Shown: positions 10,191 through 19,318 of the stretch, piece after piece | Position numbering within the stretch: the stretch's first letter is position 1 | How the letters are laid out: every line of letters begins with the position of its first letter | Assembly: GCA_965223855.1 (NCBI GenBank) | Contig: CBDCXM010000009.1 | Span: 2,272,001-2,336,000, forward strand | Direction of reading: 5' to 3' | From: Candidatus Multivoradales bacterium | Lineage (GTDB): Bacteria; Acidobacteriota; Thermoanaerobaculia; Multivoradales; JAHEKO01 | Length of the DNA stretch: 64,000 nt | Notes under the pieces: generated by a model | Told to the model about the DNA's origin: nothing | The model's database searches: none | What the model saw: only the letters and a program-made list of their open reading frames with translations | Translations under genes and position numbers: made by a program

Positions 10191-12679
10191 CTACTCGCTC
10201 GAGCCGGCCTGGTCGCCGCTCGAATCTCCTTCCGAGCCGAGCAAGACTTCCAGGACCGTGTCCGTGCGATTGCGCCAGCTGGACCAGTCGGTGGAATCGA
10301 CGACCTCGCCGCCGTGCACGGTGTAGCCGCGAGAGGTGAGGTCTTCGAAGAAGTTGCGCGTGGCCAGCCGGGTGTCCCAGCCTTCCTTGATCGCCCGCAG
10401 GTCCATCGAACCCCACTCGACGTAGAACTCGATCGGCAGGAGAGTCTCGCCGGCCTCGTCGAGGCTCCCGTAGATGGGGGCGTAGGAGATGTCGACGCCG
10501 TGAATCGACTGCACGGCGACACGCTGTGCGAACTCGGGGTTCGAGACCGCCAGCATCAGGGCGCTGATCGACGATCCACCGGTGCCGGCCAGGGACCGAC
10601 GCTCAGGGATCGACGCGGTACGTCTCCTCGACCGCCGGGACGACTTCGCCGAGAAAGGCCTGCATCGCCACCGGTCCCGGTAGCTGCACCGGTTCGGTGA
10701 AGACGACCACCGGGGCGGAGCCTCCATTCGCCCCGAGGTGCTGCCAGGGTCTGGGTCCAGCGGCCTTCGCGACGTGCCTCGCCGTCGAGGACGTAGATCA
10801 CCGGATAGGTGTCTTCGTTGTCGTCGTACCCGGGAGGGGTCCAGACGGCGAACTCCAGGGTGACCGGCTCAGGGGCTCTTCCGCCGCTTCCTCCGAGGCC
10901 TCTTCCGCGAATCCTCCTCTGCGGCTTCTTCCGAAGCTCCTTCCGGGGCCCCTTCCGGGGCGGCGGGCTGGAACTCCCTGCTGTGCTCTTCGAGCCTACC
11001 TTGCGCTTCGCCGTCGAGATCGGCCCAATGCTCGGGCTGCTCCCAGCCGGGCATCGCCATCCACGACATCTCGATCGGATCCTCGGCCCGCGCGAAGTTC
11101 ATGTCGGGACCGTAGATCGACATCTGGGTCTTGCGGGGGTTGTACGGGATCGAGAGTCGGCTCGTAGTCAACGAGGAAAGGCATAGCTGAAGCGCATGCC
11201 GTCGGGAACGGTTCCGGCCCACCACCACAGGTCGGTACCCGTCGACCTTGATGCATCGGCTCCTCTGCGCGCACGCCGATGACATCGCCACCGAAGGCGA
11301 CATCGTCGGCCTCACCGCGCCATACGAAGGTCACCTGGTTGCCGTCGATCCAGGGGGGCGTCGACTCTGCGACCAGGCGATCCGCCGTTGCGGCGGGGTC
11401 GTCGGAGCCGGCGATCTCGGCGATCTTCGCCGGCAGCTCGTTGAGCGACCTCCAGAGTCGCGGCGCCGCGGCTGAGATCGACGCGAGCCAGTTGTCCGAA
11501 GCTGCGCACGAACAGGCTGCCGTTGGCGAACGCGGGCGGCGTCCAGGAGTGCGACTCGAACAGGTCGAGCGAACCGGTCTCGGTCCAGGCGTCTTCTGGC
11601 ACCGGCCCCCAGTGCAGAGTCCCCGCCTTGGTGAGGACGACCATCTGGTCGCCGACGATGATCGGGAAGCCGTCGCCCGGTTCGCGCGAACGGAAGCGGG
11701 TCGAGCCATCCGATGGATCGACCGAGGTCAGGAAACGGGTCGAGTAGCCGTAGAGCGAGCCGGCGGCGGAGACCGGCGGGATGTAGGAGTTGACGAGCGC
11801 CTTGTCCTCCCACACCTTTTCGACCTCGTAGCCGTCGTCGGTGCTGGTGACCTTGAGGAGAGCGGACTTGTGGTCGTCGTGGTCGATGAAGAGACGATCG
11901 CCTCCCAGCGGCAGCACCGTCAGGCTGCCGGCTCCGCGGCCGCCGGAACCGCCGTGCTCGAAACTCCATAGGAGCTCTCCGGAGTCCGGATCGGCGGCGA
12001 AGACCGACTTCCCGGCGCCGACGACCACCTGCGCGCGGTCGGCCAGGGTCGTGAGGATCGGCGACTGGTAGTGGATCGAGTCGGTGCCGACGCGCCACCG
12101 CACCTCTCCGGTGGCGAGGTCGAAGGCCACGAGGGTGCCCTCCTCACCGTTGCCTCCTGTGATGACGCTGCCTGCCGCCGCCAACGGCGAGCTGCCGAAG
12201 CCGTACCAAGGCTTCGCGAGCCCTACGTCCTCGACGAGGTGGGTTGTCCACACCTGCTCGCCGGTCGCCAGCTCGAAGGCGCTCAGACGGCCCCAGGCGC
12301 CGAGGGCGTAGACGTGGTCGCCGGCGATCAGGGGCGTCGCGATGGCACCGTCGTGCGAGCCGTCATGCCCCTTGTAGGTCGGCTCCAGGGTCGCGCGCCA
12401 CAGCTCTTCGCCCGAGACGGTGGAGAAGGCCCCCACGACGTCGTTCTCGCCGGCGACGAACACGGTGACCGCGACGTCACCCTGCACCGCCACGCCGGAG
12501 TAGGCGCTCCCGATGTCGCTCTTCCAGGCGACCTCGAGCGCCAGGTCGCCGTCGCCCGCCGGCAAGCCCGCTTCGACTACCCCGGTGCTGTCCGGGCCGC
12601 GGTACTGAACCCAATCGTCGGCCGCGATCGGCGTGGCGAGGAGGCACAGGGCGAGGGCAGAGCGAAGGGGAAGTCGCAT
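10191..12679 (-). pseudogene. Secreted PQQ/BamB-like beta-propeller fused to a Fes-like N-domain and alpha/beta-hydrolase (esterase) domain, broken by several frameshifts (possibly sequencing errors)
   Basis: Signal peptide, DWVQYRGP and Trp-docking repeats in 11312-12679. VTFVWRG, DPYNP, VWTPPGY...YPVIYVLDG and WSSWR segments continue in different frames down to the stop at 10191. Confidence 0.75.
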
Positions 12680-12809
12680 CGGGAGCTCCTTGGATGTCGC
12701 GTTTTGGTGATTCGGGAAAGCAGAGGCTAGTGGAGAGCGATCGGAAACTCCAGCTCCGCGGTTGTTGGCTATGGGGGGAAGAGCTCACGGGCCGTTGTGC
12801 CCTGAAGCC

Positions 12810-12988
12810 GGCCCACTCCCGAGTTCCAGAAGCCGACCCCGCGGGGGACGCTCGCGCGTACTCGGTAGGAGGCACTTCAGCGCGCGGCTCTCATCGCCTT
12901 CGCTGGGTTCCGCTACAGCCGGAGGCACTGTTGGCGGGCTTGGCGATGAGCCCCCGCGGAGTCAGCTTCTGGAAGTCGGGAGCGGGCC
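12810..12988. repeat. Intergenic palindromic element family A, copy 2
   Basis: GGCCCACTCCCGAGTTCCAGAAGCCGACCCCGCGGGGG pairs with CCCCCGCGGAGTCAGCTTCTGGAAGTCGGGAGCGGGCC (about 4 mismatches); internal GCTCTCATCGCC / GGCGATGAGC stem shared with copy 1. Confidence 0.78.
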
Positions 12989-12990
12989 TA

Positions 12991-13494
12991 TCAGCCCCTC
13001 TTGCGCGCTACCCAGACTCGGTGTTCGTCAAGGGCGCGATTCCTGCTCTTGAGGACTCGCAGATAGGCGAGACGGTGATGACCCTCCAACAGGCACCAGC
13101 GAGGTAGAGCAACGTTCCTCTTGGGCAGCACCAATCCTGACGAGTTATCGAGCACTATCGGAGGCACTGGCCAAGTGCCCACCCGCGCCATGTAGATGCC
13201 CAGCTTGCTTGCAGCGGTAATGCCGCCTTCGTTGAAGTCTTTGGCCCAGGAGGAGGTTGCTTCTTCGTTTAGGGTGCGTACTTGCTCCGCTACTTTGGCC
13301 AACGTCCAGGCCTGCATAGCAAAGTCGAGCGTCTCAAACTCCAGCCATCCCCAGAGTTGATCGACGTTGCCGTGCTGCAGGTGCCACTGCGAAAGGACCT
13401 CGTCGGGATAGCGAGGCAATCGCGCGCGCAGCCGAGCGCGGTAGGCGTCAGATGGCTCCTCGTCGCTGGTTCGACGAAACGGACTTGAAGCCAT
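12991..13494 (-). CDS. Hypothetical protein with ParB/Sulfiredoxin-like motif
   Basis: 167 aa, PPIVL...LLEGHHRL; visibly lower GC than flanks; GGAGGA upstream of the ATG. Confidence 0.65.
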   Translation of the reverse strand: MASSPFRRTSDEEPSDAYRARLRARLPRYPDEVLSQWHLQHGNVDQLWGWLEFETLDFAMQAWTLAKVAEQVRTLNEEATSSWAKDFNEGGITAASKLGIYMARVGTWPVPPIVLDNSSGLVLPKRNVALPRWCLLEGHHRLAYLRVLKSRNRALDEHRVWVARKRG

Positions 13495-13548
13495 CGAGGA
13501 ATCCTCCGCTTGTGCTCGCTCCCTGCCCGTTGAGACGTGAAGCGATCG

Positions 13549-13971
13549 CTACTGACCTGAACGTGGCCTCTCTCTGGTCAACGCCAACGCCGTGATCTCC
13601 CGACAATTCGTTGGCTCGCACCCATAGCTGGCCCCTTTCCCGAAGTCGTCGTCGAACCAGATGTGGAGCGTCCGCTCGTGGATCACGGCGTTCTGGGCGA
13701 CTTCGAGGAAGTAGTCGAGCAGCTCGCCCTGCCTTCCAAGGAGCGGCTGGAAGTTCTGGGAGATCATCGGGAAGGCGAAACGATCGATTTCGCGGAACCG
13801 GTCCTGGGCGCGCTCGGACAGAACGATCGCCTCGGTGCAGACGATCTCGATCTTCTGGTAGTCGACCTTCACCGCCGACGGGTTGCACGCGTAGTCGCGC
13901 TCCACCGCGGTGGCGGGGCCGGCGACGGCCAAGGCTAGCGAGAGGGCGAGAAGGGGGCGGATTCTGGGCAT
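13549..13971 (-). CDS. Hypothetical secreted protein
   Basis: Signal peptide ending ATA, four Cys, AGGAAAGGA ribosome-binding site. Confidence 0.7.
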   Translation of the reverse strand: MPRIRPLLALSLALAVAGPATAVERDYACNPSAVKVDYQKIEIVCTEAIVLSERAQDRFREIDRFAFPMISQNFQPLLGRQGELLDYFLEVAQNAVIHERTLHIWFDDDFGKGASYGCEPTNCREITALALTRERPRSGQ

Positions 13972-14080
13972 GGGGTCCTTTCCTGCTCGGTACGGCCGTC
14001 GATACGCTCTATCGGTACGGCCGGGGACCGGTCGCCGTCTAGTCTACCGGCGAGTCGGGAGGTTCAGGCTAGGATGGGAC

Positions 14081-14860
14081 ATGGCCTTGCGATGGCCTTG
14101 CCTGGCTCTACTCGCCGTCCCGGCGGTCCTGGGCGCTCAGCCGAGCTGCCCGGAGGGAATGTCGGGCGTGCCGGTAACCGCCGTGGGAGGCAATCCGGTG
14201 GACGCCTTCTGTCTCGACGTGACTGAAGTGACGGTGGCGGCCTATCGAGACTGCGTCGGGGCCGGCGACTGCACCCCTTCGCCCCGCTCGGTGGCGGGGC
14301 CGGACGTGCCCGAAGATCACATCCCGCTGTGGAGCCGCTCGTGCAACGACGGCAAGCGGGGGCGCAAGGGGCATCCGATCAACTGCGTCGACTTCACGCA
14401 GGCACAGACCTATTGCGCGGCGGTGGGGAAGCGCCTGCCGACCGAGCGGGAGTGGCAGGCCGCCGCGTCGGGAGGAGAGGAGGCGAGGATCTACCCCTGG
14501 GGCAATCTCGCTCCGACCTCCAGGCACGCCAACGGCTGCGACTTCCTCTGTCTCGACCGGCTGAAGAAGTTCGCCATGCGCCGCCGGACCCTCCACTACG
14601 GCGAAGACGGCTACGAGGACACCGCCCCCGTCGGCTCGTTCCCGGCCGGCGTCGGCCGCTGGGGCCATCACGACCTCGCCGGCAACGTCTGGGAGTTCAC
14701 CTCCTCCCCCTACGGCGACGACGAGCGCGTCCGCGCCATTCGCGGCGGCGGCTGGGCCCAGAGCAACCCCGAGCGCATGCGCACCGACTACCGCGGCGGC
14801 TACCTCACTGACGCCCGCGGCAGCGCCGTCGGCTTCCGCTGCGCCGCGAATCCCCTCTAG
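14081..14860 (+). CDS. FGE-sulfatase (SUMF1/EgtB/PvdO) domain protein, secreted
   Basis: EVTVAAY, RLPTEREW, YPWG, DLAGNVWE, RGGGW and GFRC motifs; start reassigned to ATG 14081. Confidence 0.85.
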   Translation: MALRWPCLALLAVPAVLGAQPSCPEGMSGVPVTAVGGNPVDAFCLDVTEVTVAAYRDCVGAGDCTPSPRSVAGPDVPEDHIPLWSRSCNDGKRGRKGHPINCVDFTQAQTYCAAVGKRLPTEREWQAAASGGEEARIYPWGNLAPTSRHANGCDFLCLDRLKKFAMRRRTLHYGEDGYEDTAPVGSFPAGVGRWGHHDLAGNVWEFTSSPYGDDERVRAIRGGGWAQSNPERMRTDYRGGYLTDARGSAVGFRCAANPL

Positions 14861-14888
14861 GGTCGTCCCCCTTCCCCTTACGGCTTTG

Positions 14889-15155
14889 GGAGAAGCTGCA
14901 CGTGTCCTTACCCTCAAGGGCGACGAAGGGGTTTCTCCGCCCGGGGCATGGTCGGGCGAGGGGGCCGAGCCTGCGGCTCGGTCGTCGGCTGTCGCCGACG
15001 AGGGCCCTTTGCTTTCTGGCATCGCCGTTCGGCGACGCACCGGCCTCAACTCGGAGAAGCTGCAGCTCCCCGCTCCGTCAAGGGCGACGAAGGGGTTTCT
15101 CCGCCCGGGGTCTGGTCGGGTGAGGCCGGGTGGAGAAAGGGCTTCGTCGCCCTGA
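14889..15155. repeat. Intergenic palindromic repeat family B, two tandem copies
   Basis: 33-bp identical core TCAAGGGCGACGAAGGGGTTTCTCCGCCCGGGG at 14914-14946 and 15078-15110, each preceded by GGAGAAGCTGCA; copy 2 has the inverted arm at 15126-15155. Confidence 0.8.
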
Positions 15156-15194
15156 ATTGACAGGACGCGCGCCCTCTCGCAAGGCCACCTTCTC

Positions 15195-16742
15195 CTACTT
15201 GAAGATCTTGAAGAACAACCCGAAGAGCTTCGAAGCCGTAGGCGTCAACCGGGTCCGGCTCCAGGCGTCGCCCGCCTTCTTGATCACCTCGGCCTGCGTC
15301 GGGTAGGGGTGGATCGCGGAGGAGATCTTGCCGAGGCCGATGCCGTGGGTCATGGCGAGCGAGACTTCGCCGATGAGATCGCCGGCGTGCTCGGCGACGA
15401 TCGTCGCTCCGAGGATCTCGTCCGAGCCCTTCTTCACGTAGACCCGCAGGAACCCCTCGTCCTCGCCGTCGAGGATCGCCCGATCGACGCTCGACATCGG
15501 GATCTCGAAGGTGTCGAGCTCGACGCCGCGCTCCTCGGCCTCGCGCGGGTAGATGCCGACGTGAGCGACCTCGGGGCTGGTGTAGGTGCACCAGGGGATC
15601 ACCAGGTCGCTCGCCTTCTTGCGGCCGAAGAAGAGCGCGTTCTGGATCGCGATGCGGGCGAGAGCGTCTGCGGCGTGGGTGAACTTGAAGCGTGAGGCGA
15701 TGTCGCCGACGGCGTAGATCTTCTTGTTGGTCGTCTGCAGGCGGTCGTCCACGGTGACGCCGTGCTTCGAGTACTCGACACCGGCCGCCTCCAGGCCGAG
15801 GCCGTCGGTGTTGGGCTTGCGGCCGACCGAGACCAGCAGCTTCTCGACGTCGATCTCGAAATGCTCCTGGTTGCCGTGAACGAGGTCGGCATCGACCGAC
15901 AGATGCACGGTGCCGTCGTCGTTGCGCGAAAGAGTGGTGTTCTTGCCGCAGCAGTAGATCTTCACCCCGTCGGCGAGCATCTGCTTGCGGACGAGAGCGG
16001 AGGAGTCTTCCTCCTCGACGGTGAGGATGCGGTCCATCGCCTCGAGCAGGTGCACCTCGACGCCGAGACGGGCGAAGCTCTGGGCCATCTCGCAGCCGAT
16101 CGGGCCGGCGCCGATGATGCCGATCGACTTCGGCGGCTCGGTGAGGTTGAAGAGCGTTTCGTTCGTGAGGTACTCGACCTCGTCGAGACCGGGGATCGGC
16201 GGAGCCGAGGCGCGGGCGCCGGTGGCGACGATGGCGCGTCGGAAGCGCAACCGCTTGCCGCCGACCTCGACCGCATCGGAGGCGACGAAGGTGCCGTCGC
16301 CGAGGAACATGTCGATGCCGAGGCCGGAGAATCGCTTGGCGCTGTCGTGGTGGCTGATGCCGGCGCGCAGCTCGCGCATCCGTTCCATGGCGGCGGCGAA
16401 GTCCCCTTCGCCGCTCACCGGCGGGCCGCCGAAGCGCGCGGCGGCGGTGCGGGCGTCGTGCCAGGCGCGAGCAGCGCGGATCACTCCCTTGGAGGGGACG
16501 CAGCCGACGTTGAGACAGTCTCCGCCCATCAGATTGCGCTCGATGAGCGCCACCTTCGCTCCGAGCCCCGCGGCGCCGGCGGCACTCACGAGACCGGCCG
16601 TACCGGCACCGACGACGACGAGGTGGTAGCGGTCGGCCGGTTCGGGATTGACCCAGTCCGAGGGATGGACGTTGGCGACGAGTTCGCGATCGGCGGCGCT
16701 CGCCTCGAGCAGCTCGGTTTCAGGCTTGCGGAGCTCAGACAT
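15195..16742 (-). CDS. FAD-dependent pyridine nucleotide-disulfide oxidoreductase (mercuric reductase/dihydrolipoamide dehydrogenase-like)
   Basis: GAGTAG, GGDCLNVGCVPSK, GAGPIG and HPYPT motifs; no C-terminal CC pair. Confidence 0.88.
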   Translation of the reverse strand: MSELRKPETELLEASAADRELVANVHPSDWVNPEPADRYHLVVVGAGTAGLVSAAGAAGLGAKVALIERNLMGGDCLNVGCVPSKGVIRAARAWHDARTAAARFGGPPVSGEGDFAAAMERMRELRAGISHHDSAKRFSGLGIDMFLGDGTFVASDAVEVGGKRLRFRRAIVATGARASAPPIPGLDEVEYLTNETLFNLTEPPKSIGIIGAGPIGCEMAQSFARLGVEVHLLEAMDRILTVEEEDSSALVRKQMLADGVKIYCCGKNTTLSRNDDGTVHLSVDADLVHGNQEHFEIDVEKLLVSVGRKPNTDGLGLEAAGVEYSKHGVTVDDRLQTTNKKIYAVGDIASRFKFTHAADALARIAIQNALFFGRKKASDLVIPWCTYTSPEVAHVGIYPREAEERGVELDTFEIPMSSVDRAILDGEDEGFLRVYVKKGSDEILGATIVAEHAGDLIGEVSLAMTHGIGLGKISSAIHPYPTQAEVIKKAGDAWSRTRLTPTASKLFGLFFKIFK

Positions 16743-17544
16743 GCTGTGCCTCTCCTTCCGGATTCGTCTCTTGCGCAGACTGGCTTTGCACCTGCTCGTC
16801 GAGCGCCCGCTTGGCGATCCGGCCGACGTAGATGGCGACCGCCACCGCGGCGACGAGGCCGACGGCGAACGTGATCCAGCCGCCGGCTCCACGCTCGACT
16901 TCTGCCCCTCCCGCTACGGCGGCGAGGCTGCCGATCGCGCTGCCGTAGTAGACGTAGAGGAACGTCCCCGGGATCATGCCGACGGAAGCGGCGACGTAGT
17001 GCCAGAAGCTCACCTTGGTGAGCCCGAGCCCGTAGTTCATGAGGTTGAACGGGAAGATCGGGGCCAGCCTCAGCAGGGTGACGATCTTGAATCCCTCGTT
17101 GGCCACCGCGCCGTCGATCGCCGCGAACTTCGGGTTGCCGGCGATCTTGTTCTCGACCCAGCCGCGCGCCACGTAGCGGGCGACGAGGAACGCCAGTGCC
17201 GAACCGATGGTGGCGCCGAGGAAGACGATCACGGTCCCCTTGGCGAGCCCGAAGATCGCTCCTGCCGCCAGCGTCAGGAGTGACCCGGGAATGAAGCCGA
17301 CCGTGGCGACGGCGTAGCCGAGAACGAAGACGACCGGTCCCCAGACGCCGAGCCCTTCGACCCACTCGGCGAATTGCGGGATGTAGCCTCCCAGCTGCTT
17401 GCCGAGGTAGAGGATGCCGCCGAGAGCGACGATGCTGACGACGATCTTGAGCGCGAGGCCGGTCTTTGAGGCCTTGGTGTTCGAACCGGCATCGCTCGAA
17501 CCTGCATCGCTCGAACCCCTGTCGGGGCCAGCCGCTTCAGTCAT
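16735..17544 (-). CDS. TVP38/TMEM64 (VTT/DedA superfamily) membrane protein
   Basis: PGSLLTLAAGAIFG and LLRLAPIFPFNLMNY motifs; overlaps the start of the oxidoreductase. Confidence 0.9.
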   Translation of the reverse strand: MTEAAGPDRGSSDAGSSDAGSNTKASKTGLALKIVVSIVALGGILYLGKQLGGYIPQFAEWVEGLGVWGPVVFVLGYAVATVGFIPGSLLTLAAGAIFGLAKGTVIVFLGATIGSALAFLVARYVARGWVENKIAGNPKFAAIDGAVANEGFKIVTLLRLAPIFPFNLMNYGLGLTKVSFWHYVAASVGMIPGTFLYVYYGSAIGSLAAVAGGAEVERGAGGWITFAVGLVAAVAVAIYVGRIAKRALDEQVQSQSAQETNPEGEAQHV

Positions 17545-17700
17545 GGGAACACTCCTGTGGGTGGGGTGGGAGGCAGCACGGCGCAGGTGAGCGTCGCGAG
17601 CCGTCTGCACCACTTACGAGACTGTCGACGCGGCGGATTGCCGCCACGAGCGGCCGGTCCGGGGATCTGATCCCCGGCGGCGAGTGCCGCCCGGCGGGAC

Positions 17701-18063
17701 TCAGGCGGCGACCCAGAGCGCAGCGGCGAGCAGAATGCCGCTCAGGCCCAGGAACATGCCGCCGACCGCGGCGAGGTTGCCCCACAGGGTCCCCTCCTTG
17801 GCGGTCTTGCCGAGGATCATCAGGCTGATCGAGGCGATCGCGAGCTGGACGAGCACGAACAGGAAGGTCGTGGAGCCGGAGAGCGAGGCGCCCGGCTCCT
17901 GGCCGGCAGCGGCGCTCCAGTTCATCCCGGCGATGACGGCGGCGACCGCCAACACTGCGAGAGCAATGAGGTCCCATCTCTTGGGCTTGGGGCCCAGTGA
18001 AGGAAGTTTCAAGGCACGCTCCTCCCGTACGGTTCGGTTCGTGGAACGCGAGGATGGTAGCAC
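17701..18063 (-). CDS. Small hypothetical membrane protein (about 3 TM helices; start uncertain)
   Basis: Three hydrophobic segments filling the intergenic gap. Confidence 0.6.
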   Translation of the reverse strand: MLPSSRSTNRTVREERALKLPSLGPKPKRWDLIALAVLAVAAVIAGMNWSAAAGQEPGASLSGSTTFLFVLVQLAIASISLMILGKTAKEGTLWGNLAAVGGMFLGLSGILLAAALWVAA

Positions 18064-18087
18064 GCCGCAGAGGGGCCGCTGCAGACG

Positions 18088-18118
18088 AAACGAGCCCGGC
18101 GCAGACGCGCCGGGCTCG
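18088..18118 (-). terminator. Probable intrinsic terminator after the BON-LysM gene
   Basis: 12-bp perfect stem CGAGCCCGGCGC-AGAC-GCGCCGGGCTCG followed by TTT on the minus strand. Confidence 0.6.
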
Positions 18119-18144
18119 GGAAAGTCACTGCCTGCGGAGCGGCT

Positions 18145-18636
18145 TCAGCCGTCCTGCGGGATGCGCAGCACCTGACCGGGGAAGATCTTGTCGGGGTGCT
18201 CGAGCATCGGCTTGTTGGCCTCGAAAATCTGGTGGTACTTGTTGGGGTCGCCGTAGTGCTCCTTGGAGATCTTCGACAGGGTGTCACCCGAGACGACGGT
18301 GTAGAAGACCGCCTTCGGGCCGGTGACCTCGAGACGGTCGTCCACGGTAGCGATGCCGGCGGTGTTGCCGATCGCCAGGGCGATCTTCTCCTTGGTCGCC
18401 TGGTCGGCGACGCCGCCCGCCACGCGCACGGTGTCACCGTCGACGTGGATCTGCAGGTCGTCGATGTCGAAACCGAGCGCCTTCACGTGGCGCATCAGGC
18501 TGAGCGCCCGCATCGCGTCGTTGGCTGCGTCAGCGCGCTTCTCGGCCTCGGTCGGCTGCGGCGGCGCCTTGACGGAGTCGTCGTCCTGGCCGAGCAGCTT
18601 GGCGCCGGCTTCCTTGATGAATGAAATGAGTCCCAT
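18145..18636 (-). CDS. BON-LysM domain protein (YgaU/Kbp-like potassium-binding protein)
   Basis: MGLISFIKEAGAKL N-terminus, BON domain, YTVVSGDTLSKIS...IFPGQVLRIP LysM domain. Confidence 0.9.
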   Translation of the reverse strand: MGLISFIKEAGAKLLGQDDDSVKAPPQPTEAEKRADAANDAMRALSLMRHVKALGFDIDDLQIHVDGDTVRVAGGVADQATKEKIALAIGNTAGIATVDDRLEVTGPKAVFYTVVSGDTLSKISKEHYGDPNKYHQIFEANKPMLEHPDKIFPGQVLRIPQDG

Positions 18637-18694
18637 CGGAAATCCCTCCTCTTGTGGAGTCTATGTGCGTGAAGTTGCCGAGTGCGCTGTGCGC

Positions 18695-19291
18695 TCAGCG
18701 ATTGCGGAGCATCTTGCCGAGAAGGCCGGCTCCGAGAGAAGCGACATCGTCGGCGAAACTGCCGTCTCCGTCGCGGTCCAGCAGTTTACCGACCATGTCC
18801 ATCGCCTGTCCCGCCTCCGACGGCGAATGGTCGCGCTCACCGCGCAGCATCGATTCGAGACCTCGCGAATCGAGCCCCGAGCCGCGGCGCTGCTTGCCGA
18901 GGGCACCGAGGACGATCGGCGCCAGCATGGCGAGCAGCTGCCCGGCCTTGCCCGAATCGAGGCCGCTCATCCTGCCGAGACCGCTCTCGACGGCGCCCCG
19001 GCTGTTGCCGAAGACGTGGCCGAGAATGCCGTCGCCGCTGCGGCCGGGGCCGCGGGTGACGTAGCCGGCGAGATCGTCGAGGATGCTGCCGTCGTGGTCA
19101 CGGTCGAGTGCCGCGCCGAGCGCATCCGCGCCGCCGCTCTGCTGAGTGTTGCGCGCGAGGCCGCCGAGCAGCATCGGCAGCGCGCCGGCGATCGCCTTCG
19201 AAGCGAGGTCGTCGTCGATGCCGAGCTGGCGGCCGATCTGCCGGGTGGCGTCGCCGCCGAGCTGCTGCATCAGAGTATCCATCAAAGACAT
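18695..19291 (-). CDS. DUF937 family protein
   Basis: DHDGSILDDL, GDGILGHVFG and LLDRDGDGS..DD motifs. Confidence 0.8.
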   Translation of the reverse strand: MSLMDTLMQQLGGDATRQIGRQLGIDDDLASKAIAGALPMLLGGLARNTQQSGGADALGAALDRDHDGSILDDLAGYVTRGPGRSGDGILGHVFGNSRGAVESGLGRMSGLDSGKAGQLLAMLAPIVLGALGKQRRGSGLDSRGLESMLRGERDHSPSEAGQAMDMVGKLLDRDGDGSFADDVASLGAGLLGKMLRNR

Positions 19292-19318
19292 GGGTGATTC
19301 TCCTGGAAGTTGTGTGGA

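Noticed and set aside
9914-12990. Integron attC sites
   Set aside because: No RYYYAAC/GTTRRRY core ends and no integron integrase in the window.
14081-14860. True formylglycine-generating enzyme
   Set aside because: Lacks the catalytic Cys pair after the RGG motif; only the FGE-sulfatase fold is supported.
14889-15155. CRISPR array
   Set aside because: Only two copies, 164 bp apart, with extra shared flanks and no cas genes; no CRISPR array was seen anywhere in the window.
15195-16742. Mercuric reductase MerA / mercury resistance operon
   Set aside because: No C-terminal Cys-Cys pair, no N-terminal metal-binding domain and no merR/T/P genes; pairing with a TVP38/TMEM64 protein is a common non-mer arrangement.
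17484-17518. 15-bp tandem repeats in the TVP38 N-terminus (GSSDA x2), and similar short repeats in tilS near 38320-38352
   Set aside because: In-frame low-complexity linker duplications with no sign of phase variation.
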